Source of the DNA: Desulfosoma sp.
Lineage (GTDB): Bacteria; Desulfobacterota; Syntrophobacteria; Syntrophobacterales; DSM-9756
Assembly: GCA_037481835.1 (NCBI GenBank)
Contig: JBBFKW010000008.1
Location: 114,512 to 178,511, forward strand
Reading direction: 5' to 3'
DNA length: 64,000 nucleotides
In this document: positions 40,104 to 49,070 of the stretch, one piece after another
Layout of the letters: the number at the start of each line of letters is the position of its first letter
How positions within the stretch are numbered: the first letter of the stretch is position 1
Notes under the pieces: generated by a model
Databases searched by the model: none
What the model was told of the DNA's origin: nothing
What the model saw: the letters and a program-made list of their open reading frames with translations, nothing else
Made by a program: the position numbers and the translations under genes

Positions 40104-40131
40104 TGACACGAAAAATTTTATTTTCGTGTCA
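40104..40131. promoter_or_regulatory. Perfect 11-6-11 palindrome, putative TunR-family operator
   Basis: TGACACGAAAA-ATTTTA-TTTTCGTGTCA, overlapping TTGACA, 38 nt upstream of the TSUP gene. Confidence 0.8.
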
Positions 40132-40169
40132 GATTGGGAAAAAACTGAGCGGGAACGAAGGAGGGGCTT

Positions 40170-41132
40170 ATGGTCTTTCCCACTGCGGGGATTGAAGTGG
40201 CACCCTGGGTGCCGCCTTTGGTGGCTTTCGTGATTTCCTTTTTCACATCCATGGGGGGGGTTTCCGGGGCGTTCCTGCTCCTGCCCTTTCAAATGTCCGT
40301 CCTGGGCTACACGCATCCTTCGGTGAGCGCCACGAATCAGTTGTTCAACATCGTGGCCATTCCCAGCGGGGTGTACCGGTACTGGAAGGAAGGGCGGATG
40401 GTTTGGCCCCTGACGTGGGTGGTGGTCATCGGGACGCTGCCCGGAGTGCTCATCGGCGCCGTCGTCCGCGTGGCCTATCTTCCCAACCCCAAGAATTTCA
40501 AGCTCTTTGCCGCCGCCGTCCTGCTCTATATCGGCGTGAGGATGGTGCAGGATCTTCTGAAAAAAAACACCGGGGGCGCGTCGAAGGCCGATACGGAAAA
40601 GAGGTTTCAGGAAATGGTGCGCCGTCATCGGGCCATGGCTTCCCAGGCCGCCGGGGGAACCTCGCCCCAGGCCCTGCCGTCGGTCAAAGTGACCCATTTC
40701 AATACGCGGCGCCTCGGCTACACGTTCTATGAGGAATCCTACGACGTGCCCTTTTGGGGGATTTTCGCCCTGGCTTTCATCGTGGGTATTGTGGGCGGCA
40801 TTTACGGCATCGGCGGCGGCGCCATCATCGCTCCGTTTTTCGTGACTTTTTTCAAACTGCCCGTCTACACCGTGGCCGGAGCGGCCCTGATGGGCACATT
40901 TGTCACGTCCGTGGCCGGAGTGGCCTTCTACCAGGCCTTGGCGCCTTTTTACCCCAACATGTCCGTGGCCCCGGATTGGCTTCTCGGGGTCCTTTTCGGC
41001 CTCGGCGGCATGGCCGGCATGTATCTCGGCGCCCGCTGCCAAAAATACGTCCCGGCGAGGGCCATCAAATGGATGCTGGCCGCCATCATCGTCTTTACGG
41101 CCGTTAAATACATCGTCGGGTTTTTCTCTTAA
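40170..41132 (+). CDS. Sulfite exporter TauE/SafE (TSUP) family permease
   Basis: SMGGVSGAFLLLP and GGIYGIGGGAIIAP repeats. Confidence 0.9.
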   Translation: MVFPTAGIEVAPWVPPLVAFVISFFTSMGGVSGAFLLLPFQMSVLGYTHPSVSATNQLFNIVAIPSGVYRYWKEGRMVWPLTWVVVIGTLPGVLIGAVVRVAYLPNPKNFKLFAAAVLLYIGVRMVQDLLKKNTGGASKADTEKRFQEMVRRHRAMASQAAGGTSPQALPSVKVTHFNTRRLGYTFYEESYDVPFWGIFALAFIVGIVGGIYGIGGGAIIAPFFVTFFKLPVYTVAGAALMGTFVTSVAGVAFYQALAPFYPNMSVAPDWLLGVLFGLGGMAGMYLGARCQKYVPARAIKWMLAAIIVFTAVKYIVGFFS

Positions 41133-41176
41133 CGATCGAGGCGAACCTGACGGGGACTCGGCTGTCGGGAGGGCTT

Positions 41177-41611
41177 TCAGGATTTTACCTGCCGGGACAC
41201 CATGTCTTCCTTTGCGGCCTGGACCATGGCGACGACAAACCGAGCGCCTTCCCGCGCCTCCCGGGCATCATCCAGACCGTATTCTTCCGTGGGGATGAAG
41301 TCGATGTCCCCGGAGAAGGCCAGTTCGCGTTCCTTGCGCAGCTTCTTGGAAATGCGCGCCGCCGCAGGAATCCGTGAGGCCACTTCGGGGCAGAAGCGAT
41401 GGGCATGCTCCATGAGCAACCCGCCCACATCGTGATACTTGGGAGGTTCCACACCGGCAAAACGCAAAAGCCCTTTAAGAGCCAGTTCGACGATTTCTTG
41501 CGCCTCCCGAACCACGTCCGAATAGGCTCCCTTGCCCATGAGAAGGTCCGGAATATCCAGGCGATCGATCGCCTTGCGCAGACAGCTTTCGGCGAGGGTG
41601 AGATTCGTCAT
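41177..41611 (-). CDS. HEPN domain protein
   Basis: AQEIVELALKG, PPKYHDV and RKERELAF; downstream of MNT. Confidence 0.85.
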   Translation of the reverse strand: MTNLTLAESCLRKAIDRLDIPDLLMGKGAYSDVVREAQEIVELALKGLLRFAGVEPPKYHDVGGLLMEHAHRFCPEVASRIPAAARISKKLRKERELAFSGDIDFIPTEEYGLDDAREAREGARFVVAMVQAAKEDMVSRQVKS

Positions 41612-41613
41612 GG

Positions 41614-42123
41614 CTAGAGCTCAAAGATTTCGCCCGGCTTGTAGTCCGGTTTGAGGTCCCAGTACCACGCACTTCCCTGACGAATGCGCTTGGCTCCGAG
41701 CACCTTCAACCGTTCGGCAAGGCGTGTTAAAACTTTTCGGAAAAAGTCGTCGCGGTCGAACAAAATCCTTGCATCTTCCACCATGTCGAGAAAAAGGGGG
41801 GATCCCGCCAAAGCCTCGTCGGGCGTCTTGAAGACGACGGAAATGGGCATGGATTCCGGCTCCGCTGCCGAAATGCCCAAGGATCCCCACAAGGCTTCCT
41901 CCACCGCATCGAATTCTTCCTGGCGTTTCATGCGTCCCCGGGGCAACCCCGTGGCGATGAGGAACACGTCCAAGTCGGATTCGCCGTGGTGGGTGCCTCG
42001 CGCCACCGATCCGTAGAGGACCAAGGAGACCAATCGATCCCCGTAATGGCGCAGGCACTGGGCCAACAGAGCCTCCGTCAACGCCTTTATGGACTCTTGG
42101 TCCCGCCCGAGTTCTTTCGTCAT
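41614..42123 (-). CDS. Minimal nucleotidyltransferase (MNT) of a HEPN/MNT toxin-antitoxin pair
   Basis: LYGSVARG...SDLDV (GSX10DXD). Confidence 0.88.
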   Translation of the reverse strand: MTKELGRDQESIKALTEALLAQCLRHYGDRLVSLVLYGSVARGTHHGESDLDVFLIATGLPRGRMKRQEEFDAVEEALWGSLGISAAEPESMPISVVFKTPDEALAGSPLFLDMVEDARILFDRDDFFRKVLTRLAERLKVLGAKRIRQGSAWYWDLKPDYKPGEIFEL

Positions 42124-42290
42124 GGTCCCCCTTTCATGAACCGGTGCCTGCGGTTTTTCCCATCCGGATGGCTTTCTTTTTCACCATACTCAACCGGCGC
42201 CGAAAGGAAAGAGTCCGTCCATGGCTTTTGGGCTCATGGGGAGCCGTTGACATGGGGACGGGTTTTTTATACATGATATGCACGTTCGAA

Positions 42291-42352
42291 AGGCAATGAA
42301 GTCTGCCTGAACCGCCCCTGCCTCGCACGGCGTGGGGATGATGACTTCTCCA
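42291..42352 (+). ncRNA. Fluoride (crcB-motif) riboswitch aptamer
   Basis: GGCAATGAAGTCTGCC-TGAACCGCCCC...GGGGATGATGACTTCT; P1 GGCA/TGCC and pseudoknot GAAGTC(42298-42303)/GACTTC(42343-42348); TTGACA upstream at 42247. Confidence 0.85.
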
Positions 42353-42436
42353 CGGCGGTGGCGGTTGCCCATGGACGGCAACCGTCCTTCCGACCTGCGG
42401 GCGGGGTTGCGGGCGTGCACTCGTTGTTTCCGGAAG

Positions 42437-42470
42437 AAACCCCATCCGCAGGGGCGGATGGGGTTTTTTT
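42437..42470 (+). terminator. Leader intrinsic terminator (riboswitch expression platform)
   Basis: AAACCCCATCCGC-AGGG-GCGGATGGGGTTT-TTTT, 28 nt before the dynamin start. Confidence 0.85.
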
Positions 42471-42498
42471 GTGGGAACACCCTCAGGAGGACACGGCG

Positions 42499-44286
42499 AT
42501 GCTGGAAAGTTACCGACACATGCAGGCGCGGCTTCTCAACGTCTTGGAAGACATGAGGACCCTGAAAAGGGAAAACCTGGACGACGCTCTCGTGGGCAGG
42601 GTCGACGAATTGGCGGAAAAAATCCGCCAAAGCGCTTTTTACCTTGTGGTGCTCGGAGAATTCAAGCGGGGCAAGAGCACCCTGGTCAACGCCATCCTCA
42701 AGGACAACCTTCTTCCGACGGCCGTGGTGCCGCTCACCTCCATCGTGACCATGATCCGCTACGGCCCCGATGAAGAAATCCTCGTTCGGTTCAAGGATGG
42801 ACGAACGGAGTCCATCCATCGGGGCCGACTGGCCGACTACGTCACCGAAAAAGGCAACCCGGACAACGCCAAGGGCGTGGACCGCGTGGAAATCGCCTAT
42901 CCGGCGGAAACCCTCCGCGGAGGCGTCCACCTCATCGACACGCCGGGGGTGGGATCCATTTTCGAAACCAACACGCAGGCCACTTACGATTTTCTGCCCA
43001 AGGTGGATGCAGCCCTGTTCCTGTTCACCGCGGATCCGCCCATCAGCCAATCGGAACTGGCCTTTCTGCGGGACGTGCGCCAGTACGTCACCAAGATCTT
43101 TTTCGTCCAAAACAAGATCGACGTCGTGGATCCCGAGGATCGGGAAGAGTCCCTGGAATTTTCCAAACAGGTGCTCAAGGACGTCATCGGCGACGGCGAG
43201 ATCCGGATCTTGCCCCTGTCCGCCAAGCTCGCCCTGGAAGGCCGGCTCAAAGAAGATCCTGCGAAAATCTCCCAGAGCTACTTTCCCCGGCTGGAAGAGG
43301 TCCTCACGCGGTTTCTCACGCAGGAGAAGGGGCGGGTGCTGCTCCAGTCCGCCGTCCAAGCGGCGCGCAAGATCCTCAACGATGTGGAATTTTCCGTCCA
43401 ACTGGAACAGAAAGCCATCGAAATGCCGCTCCAGGACCTGGAACAGAGGATCGCCCTGTTTCAGAAAGAACTCCAAAAGATCCGACGAGACCGCGAAGAA
43501 AACGGCTATTACTTCGAAGCTGAAATCAAGCGGATCATGGCCTGGTTGGACCGGGAACTGGAACGGCTCCAAAAGGACCATCTGCCGGAACTCATGGAAG
43601 AGCTGCGCCGGGAGGGAGAAAAAAACCAACATCTGCCCGTGTCCCGATACGTGGAAAAGATGGAAAGCGTGCTCAACGAAGGCATCGTCCACACCTTCGA
43701 CGACTGGATCGTCGCACAAGAGAAAGCCTTGAACGAAGAATTCGCCCGCGTCTCCCGACAATACTCGGACCGGACCAACCAGGTCATCGAACGCCTCATT
43801 CAGGCGTCGGCCAAGCTCTTTGACATCCCCTTCGAAACCATCCAAACGGACGAAGCCTTGCGGGCCGACAGCCGCTTTTATTATCTCCTTGGAGACCCAC
43901 CCCGATTTTTTGACATCGCCGGTGCGGTGGATTTCTTCTCCCGAAAGCTCATGCCCAAGAGCTTCTCCCAGAAGAAGGTCTTGAGCGACCTCATGAAGAA
44001 ACTGCCGGAACGGATCGATGCCAACTGCGGACGCGTCCGCTCCGATTTCATGCGCCGTCTGCAGGAAAGTTTTCTCGCCTTCCGCTGGAACCTGAACGCC
44101 AAGATCGACACCACGGCCCAAGGCATCCAGGACGCGTTGGACAAGGCCGTCGCCATGCAAAAGGCCGGGGCGGCCGAAAGGGACCGGAAGAAGGCCTTGC
44201 TCGGCGAAGAGATGCGCGGCATAGTGGCGATCAAAGGAGCCTTGAACCGGATCGCCGAGGACATCGCGTCAGCCGATGTGACATAA
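42499..44286 (+). CDS. Bacterial dynamin-like GTPase
   Basis: G1 GEFKRGKS, LPTAVVPLT, G3 DTPG, G4 NKID and a helical C-terminus; AGGAGG RBS. Confidence 0.9.
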   Translation: MLESYRHMQARLLNVLEDMRTLKRENLDDALVGRVDELAEKIRQSAFYLVVLGEFKRGKSTLVNAILKDNLLPTAVVPLTSIVTMIRYGPDEEILVRFKDGRTESIHRGRLADYVTEKGNPDNAKGVDRVEIAYPAETLRGGVHLIDTPGVGSIFETNTQATYDFLPKVDAALFLFTADPPISQSELAFLRDVRQYVTKIFFVQNKIDVVDPEDREESLEFSKQVLKDVIGDGEIRILPLSAKLALEGRLKEDPAKISQSYFPRLEEVLTRFLTQEKGRVLLQSAVQAARKILNDVEFSVQLEQKAIEMPLQDLEQRIALFQKELQKIRRDREENGYYFEAEIKRIMAWLDRELERLQKDHLPELMEELRREGEKNQHLPVSRYVEKMESVLNEGIVHTFDDWIVAQEKALNEEFARVSRQYSDRTNQVIERLIQASAKLFDIPFETIQTDEALRADSRFYYLLGDPPRFFDIAGAVDFFSRKLMPKSFSQKKVLSDLMKKLPERIDANCGRVRSDFMRRLQESFLAFRWNLNAKIDTTAQGIQDALDKAVAMQKAGAAERDRKKALLGEEMRGIVAIKGALNRIAEDIASADVT

Positions 44287-44485
44287 CCCTAAAGAGGGAC
44301 AGATCTCGCTGGGATGGGGGATAAGGGGATTTGTGCACGGGGTCGCTGCGCTCGACCCAACATCCTCGGGACATCGCTGACGCCCGGGGCCGGCCGTGAG
44401 GGTATCGCCCCGAAGGGGCACGGGATCCAAGCCCGGGCGAAGCCATAGGTTCTGGGATGGGAATCGTTGAAAACGGAGGTTTTTC

Positions 44486-45970
44486 ATGGCGATCAGTTTG
44501 GCTTTGATCATCGTCCTGGGTCTTTTTGCGGACTACGTCTTCAAGAAGCTGAAACTGCCGGGCCTTGTCGGCATGCTCTTGGTGGGCATCCTGGTCGGTC
44601 CCTATGTTCTGGGCCTCATGCGCCCGGAAATGATGCAAGTTTCCGCCGACTTTCGAAAGATCGCCCTGATCGTCATCCTGCTTCGGGCGGGCTTTGAGCT
44701 TCACAGGGACACCCTCAACCGCGTGGGCCGCGCGGCCTTGACCATGAGCGCCGTGCCGGCCATGTTCGAAATCCTCGGGGTCATGCTGGTCGCTCCCAAG
44801 TGGTTGGGCATAAGCCTTCTGGAAGCCGCCATGCTCGGCGCCATCTTGGGGGCCGTCTCCCCCGCCGTCGTCGTGCCGCTCATGATCGACTACATGGATC
44901 GGGGTCTGGGATTAAAAAAAGGCGTCCCCACCTTGATCTTGGGGGCCTCGTCCGTGGATGACGTTTTCGTCATCGTGCTTTTCACCATCTTCCTTGGCAT
45001 GTACGGCGGCGGCTCGGTCAACGTCTGGGCCAAGCTGGCCGAAATTCCCATTTCCATCGTCCTCGGCATCCTCGTGGGGGCGATCCCAGGCTATCTTCTC
45101 TACAAACTGTTTACGACCTACGACTGGAAACCGCCCAAGAGGACCCTCGTCGTCCTGGGGGTTTCCATCGTGCTCACCTGGCTGGAATCGGCCGTGGAAC
45201 ATTGGGTTCCCGTGGCGAGCCTCCTGGGGGTCATGGCCATCGGGTTCGTCATTCTGGAAAAGGCGGAACCCATCGCCCACCTCATTTCCCAAAAGCTGAA
45301 AAAGCTTTGGGTCTTCGCCGAGTTGCTGCTGTTCGTCCTCGTCGGGGCCCAGGTGAACATCCACGTGGCGTGGAAGGCGGGCCTGGCGGGCACGGCCGTC
45401 ATTTTTGTGGGCCTGATCTTCCGCAGCCTCGGCACCTGGGTGTCCCTGTGGGGAACGCCTCTGAACTGGAAGGAAAAAGTCTTCTGCGTGGTCTCTTACA
45501 TCCCCAAGGCCACCGTGCAGGCGGCCATCGGCGCCGTGCCCATGGCCGCCGGGGTGGCTGCCGGCGAAGTCATCCTTGCCGTGGCCGTCCTCTCCATCAT
45601 CCTCACCGCCCCGCTGGGCGCCATCGGCATCATGCTCCTCGGGGACAAGTGCCTGGACAAGGGAGACGTGAGCCCTTACCGGTTCAAGGAACTGAGGGCC
45701 AAGCTGGATCTGCCGCGTGTCGGGGAACGCGTGCGCAGCAAACGCTACGGCACGGTGTGGAAGATCATCGAAGAGAAAGAAACGTGGATCCCGGTTCCGG
45801 AGCATCTGGCCGGGTCGGTTTTTCCCGACGGCAAAATGCCCGCCATCATCATCCGTTTCTGGAAGGAAGGCAGCTCCAAAGGCCCCGGCACGGGCAAAAC
45901 CATGACATACCGCTACAGCCAGCTGGATCCTTCCTTCCAGGAACACTGGGAAGTGCTCTACGACTGGTAG
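44486..45970 (+). CDS. Cation:proton antiporter (CPA1, NHA2-like) with soluble C-terminal extension
   Basis: AVSPAVVVP, SSVDDVF and PKATVQAAIG. Confidence 0.9.
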   Translation: MAISLALIIVLGLFADYVFKKLKLPGLVGMLLVGILVGPYVLGLMRPEMMQVSADFRKIALIVILLRAGFELHRDTLNRVGRAALTMSAVPAMFEILGVMLVAPKWLGISLLEAAMLGAILGAVSPAVVVPLMIDYMDRGLGLKKGVPTLILGASSVDDVFVIVLFTIFLGMYGGGSVNVWAKLAEIPISIVLGILVGAIPGYLLYKLFTTYDWKPPKRTLVVLGVSIVLTWLESAVEHWVPVASLLGVMAIGFVILEKAEPIAHLISQKLKKLWVFAELLLFVLVGAQVNIHVAWKAGLAGTAVIFVGLIFRSLGTWVSLWGTPLNWKEKVFCVVSYIPKATVQAAIGAVPMAAGVAAGEVILAVAVLSIILTAPLGAIGIMLLGDKCLDKGDVSPYRFKELRAKLDLPRVGERVRSKRYGTVWKIIEEKETWIPVPEHLAGSVFPDGKMPAIIIRFWKEGSSKGPGTGKTMTYRYSQLDPSFQEHWEVLYDW

Positions 45971-46410
45971 CCGCTCAGGGCGGCGTCATGGATCCATCGC
46001 TGGAGTTCGGAAGCGTCCATGGCGCCGGACCGGCGCGCCAGTTCTTTCCCCCGTCGAAAAATCACCACCGTGGGAATGCTTCGAATGGCGTAGCGGGACG
46101 CGAGAGCCGGTTCTTCTTCCGTGTTGACCTTGAGGAAGCGCACATGAGGTTCCAGGTGCCGCGCGGCTGATTCGAAGGCCGGCGCCATCATGCGGCACGG
46201 ACCGCACCACGGCGCCCAAAAATCCACCACCACGGGAACATGGGAACGGCTGACGTGCTTTTCGAAAGCCGAAGCGGTCACGCTCACAGGACGTCCCGAA
46301 AACAACGGCGCCGAACATCGGCCGCACTTGGGTCCCTGCCCCATGCGGTTTCCATCCACACGATTGACCGCCTCACACTGGGGACAAACCACATGCACCG
46401 CATCTTTCAT
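45958..46410 (-). CDS. trxC: Thioredoxin 2 with zinc-finger N-terminus
   Basis: CPQC...CGRC plus WAPWCGPC. Confidence 0.93.
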   Translation of the reverse strand: MKDAVHVVCPQCEAVNRVDGNRMGQGPKCGRCSAPLFSGRPVSVTASAFEKHVSRSHVPVVVDFWAPWCGPCRMMAPAFESAARHLEPHVRFLKVNTEEEPALASRYAIRSIPTVVIFRRGKELARRSGAMDASELQRWIHDAALSGYQS

Positions 46411-46501
46411 CGTCGTTTTCACCTCCCGAACCGGATCCCCCTTCACCGGGACCTTGGGCTTTCGCCCCGCCGGCGCACGGCCTCTTGCCCGGCGACTGCG
46501 C

Positions 46502-47233
46502 CTAGCCCGCATCCGCCATCTGCGTTGAAAACCGCCCGTAAGGCAAGGCCACGGTGGCTTTCCAAATCGCTGAGGGATTGTCCGCCAGAGTCCACACCTG
46601 AACCGCGGCTCTTTCGAGAACGTGCGGTTTTCCCATAACGACCGTCACCGCCACATTCCACAACTGGACGGATCGCCGTCCCAGGGGCGTGGCCAGTTCT
46701 TCACGCCGCCCCGGGATCGTGCGCACTTCGAACACCCTCCTGCCGTCCGTGACAAAAAACGGCCCTTGGTTTTCCGAAGCGCCGAGAAACCGATGGACCG
46801 CCCCCAGGGGATCCAAGGTTCCCTGAGGCACGTGCAGCGTGCGGCGAAGCCTTCCGTTTTTAAAGACATCCACGGTGATCGTGCCTTCCTGCCCGGCGGT
46901 TTTGACGTCGCCGAAAACGAGGAGTTCCGTCTTTTCCTTGCCGCGCCCTTCCCGGGTTTTTTCCCGATAGCGCTGCGCCGCCAATCCGTCCGCGACCAGC
47001 AAAGACTCGGCGTCGAACGTGACGGGATAGAAGGCATCCATGAGCGCCTCGGTTCGGCCCGTGAGTGTGACCACGGTGCGGCCTTCCGAACGGGCGCAGT
47101 GCACGTCGGCTTTTCCTGCAGGCACACCGTTCCAAAAGATGCTATAAGAAAGGCTCCGACATGGGCCGTCGGATGGCGACCCGCTTTCGGTCCAGGCCTT
47201 CATCGGGCGGCCCATGACAATGAGAAGTGCCAT
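46502..47233 (-). CDS. DUF3108-like exported protein (start uncertain)
   Basis: LSYSIFWNGVPAG, FYPV, TLDPLGA and EELATPLG. Confidence 0.6.
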   Translation of the reverse strand: MALLIVMGRPMKAWTESGSPSDGPCRSLSYSIFWNGVPAGKADVHCARSEGRTVVTLTGRTEALMDAFYPVTFDAESLLVADGLAAQRYREKTREGRGKEKTELLVFGDVKTAGQEGTITVDVFKNGRLRRTLHVPQGTLDPLGAVHRFLGASENQGPFFVTDGRRVFEVRTIPGRREELATPLGRRSVQLWNVAVTVVMGKPHVLERAAVQVWTLADNPSAIWKATVALPYGRFSTQMADAG

Positions 47234-47251
47234 GCCAAGGAGGACCACGCC

Positions 47252-48061
47252 GTGTCCGCACCCCGGCTTGTGCTCACCGCAGCGGCTCTCTATGCGATCT
47301 ATTGCGCCCTTCTTTATGTCTTCCAACGCCACCTCATCTTTCCCGCGCTTTTCGTGGGCACCCCCCCGTTCTCTCCGCCTTCGACGCCCATGGAACGGCT
47401 CTGGGTGGACATTCCGGGCGGCCGGGTCGAAGGCTGGCTCCTCCTCAGCCCCACAGCCGAAGGCCAACGCAAGCCGCTCGTCATCTTCGCCCACGGCAAC
47501 GGCGAACTCATCGATATCTGGCCCCAAACCTTTGAGGGCCTGACCCGGCGAAATCTCCACGTGCTTCTCCTGGAATACCCCGGCTACGGCCGATCCACGG
47601 GAAAACCCACCCAGCACACCATCACCCGAGCCTTTTGCGCCGCCTATGACCGCCTCATCACCCGGCCGGACGTGGACCCTTCCCGGATCGTTTTCATGGG
47701 CCGATCCATCGGAGGGGGAGCCGCCTGCGCCCTGGCGGCCCAAAGACCGTCGGCGGCCTTGGTGCTCCTGTCCACCTTTACGAGCCTGCGCCCTTTCGCC
47801 GTCCGATACTTGGCCCCCAGCTTTCTCATCCGAGACCCCTTTGACAACCACACCGTCGTCTCCTCTTACCCGGGGCCCGTTCTCATCGTTCACGGAAAGC
47901 ATGATGCCGTGGTTCCCTACGGGCATGGCAAAGCCTTGGCCCAGGCCGCACGCCGCGGACGGTTCATCACCTACGACGCCGATCATAACGACTGTCCCCC
48001 GGACTGGGAAGCGTTCTTCGACGCCCTCACGGCTTTTCTCAGGGAGGTTCATGTGATCTAA
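47252..48061 (+). CDS. Alpha/beta hydrolase with N-terminal anchor
   Basis: AAGGAGG RBS plus GTG; HGNGE, YPGYG, GRSIG, HGKHD and DHND. Confidence 0.9.
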   Translation: MSAPRLVLTAAALYAIYCALLYVFQRHLIFPALFVGTPPFSPPSTPMERLWVDIPGGRVEGWLLLSPTAEGQRKPLVIFAHGNGELIDIWPQTFEGLTRRNLHVLLLEYPGYGRSTGKPTQHTITRAFCAAYDRLITRPDVDPSRIVFMGRSIGGGAACALAAQRPSAALVLLSTFTSLRPFAVRYLAPSFLIRDPFDNHTVVSSYPGPVLIVHGKHDAVVPYGHGKALAQAARRGRFITYDADHNDCPPDWEAFFDALTAFLREVHVI

Positions 48062-48083
48062 AGGATTGGAGGAGATGGGGGTC

Positions 48084-49070
48084 ATGCTTGAGCCGATGAT
48101 CGCAGTGGAAGGGTTGCGAAAGCGTTTCGGGTCCGTGGAAGCCGTGGCGGGGATCTCCTTCCATGTGGGCCACGGCGAGCTTTTCGGTTTTTTGGGGCCC
48201 AACGGCGCCGGCAAGACCACGACCATCAACATGCTCACGGGCCTTGCTCGACCCGACGCCGGATCCATCCGGATCGCCGGCACCGACTGCTCCCGAAACC
48301 CCAAGGCCGCCCAGCATCTCATCGGCGTCGTTCCCGACGAAAGCAACCTCTACCCCGAACTGAGCGGGTTCCAAAACCTGTGCTTTTGCGGGGCCCTCTA
48401 CGGCCTTTCCAAGCGCGAAAGGGAACGCCGCGCCTGGGAACTCTTGGAAGCCTTCGACCTCATGGAAGCCGCCCACAGAAAGTTCGCCGGCTATTCCAAG
48501 GGCATGAAGCGCAAGCTCACCCTGGCGGCCGGCATCCTCCACAAACCCGCCATTCTTTTCCTGGACGAACCCACCACGGGAATCGACGTGGCCAGCGCCC
48601 GCCATGTGCGCCGTCTGGTGGCCGATCTGCACCGGAGCGGCACGACCGTCTTCCTCACCACGCACTACATCGAAGAAGCGGAACGGCTTTGCCAGCGCAT
48701 CGCCTTCATCGTCTCCGGGCGCATCGTGCGAACCGATACGGTATCCGAGTTGCTCCAGCCGCTCCATGACCGCTTCGTGCTTCATGTGACCTGCGCCCAG
48801 GAGCCTCCCGCCCGGGTCCTGGAAAGCCTTTCGGCATTGGATCCGTCGCTCCATCCGTCTCTGAAAAACGGCGGGCGCATCCGCGTGGAAGCAGCCCACC
48901 CCATTCGGGTGGGCCCCTTGGTGCGGATCCTCGAAGAGCACGGGATCGACGTCCTGGAGGCACGCCTGGGCCGCCCGAGCCTTGAAGACGTCTTCGTGGC
49001 TGTAACGGGCCTGGCGGCTGAAGCCCTCAAAAAGGAAAAAGAAAAACCGGGAGGAGGAAGCGCGCCGTGA
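48084..49070 (+). CDS. ABC-2 type transporter ATP-binding protein
   Basis: GPNGAGKTT, YSKGMKRK and LDEPT. Confidence 0.93.
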   Translation: MLEPMIAVEGLRKRFGSVEAVAGISFHVGHGELFGFLGPNGAGKTTTINMLTGLARPDAGSIRIAGTDCSRNPKAAQHLIGVVPDESNLYPELSGFQNLCFCGALYGLSKRERERRAWELLEAFDLMEAAHRKFAGYSKGMKRKLTLAAGILHKPAILFLDEPTTGIDVASARHVRRLVADLHRSGTTVFLTTHYIEEAERLCQRIAFIVSGRIVRTDTVSELLQPLHDRFVLHVTCAQEPPARVLESLSALDPSLHPSLKNGGRIRVEAAHPIRVGPLVRILEEHGIDVLEARLGRPSLEDVFVAVTGLAAEALKKEKEKPGGGSAP

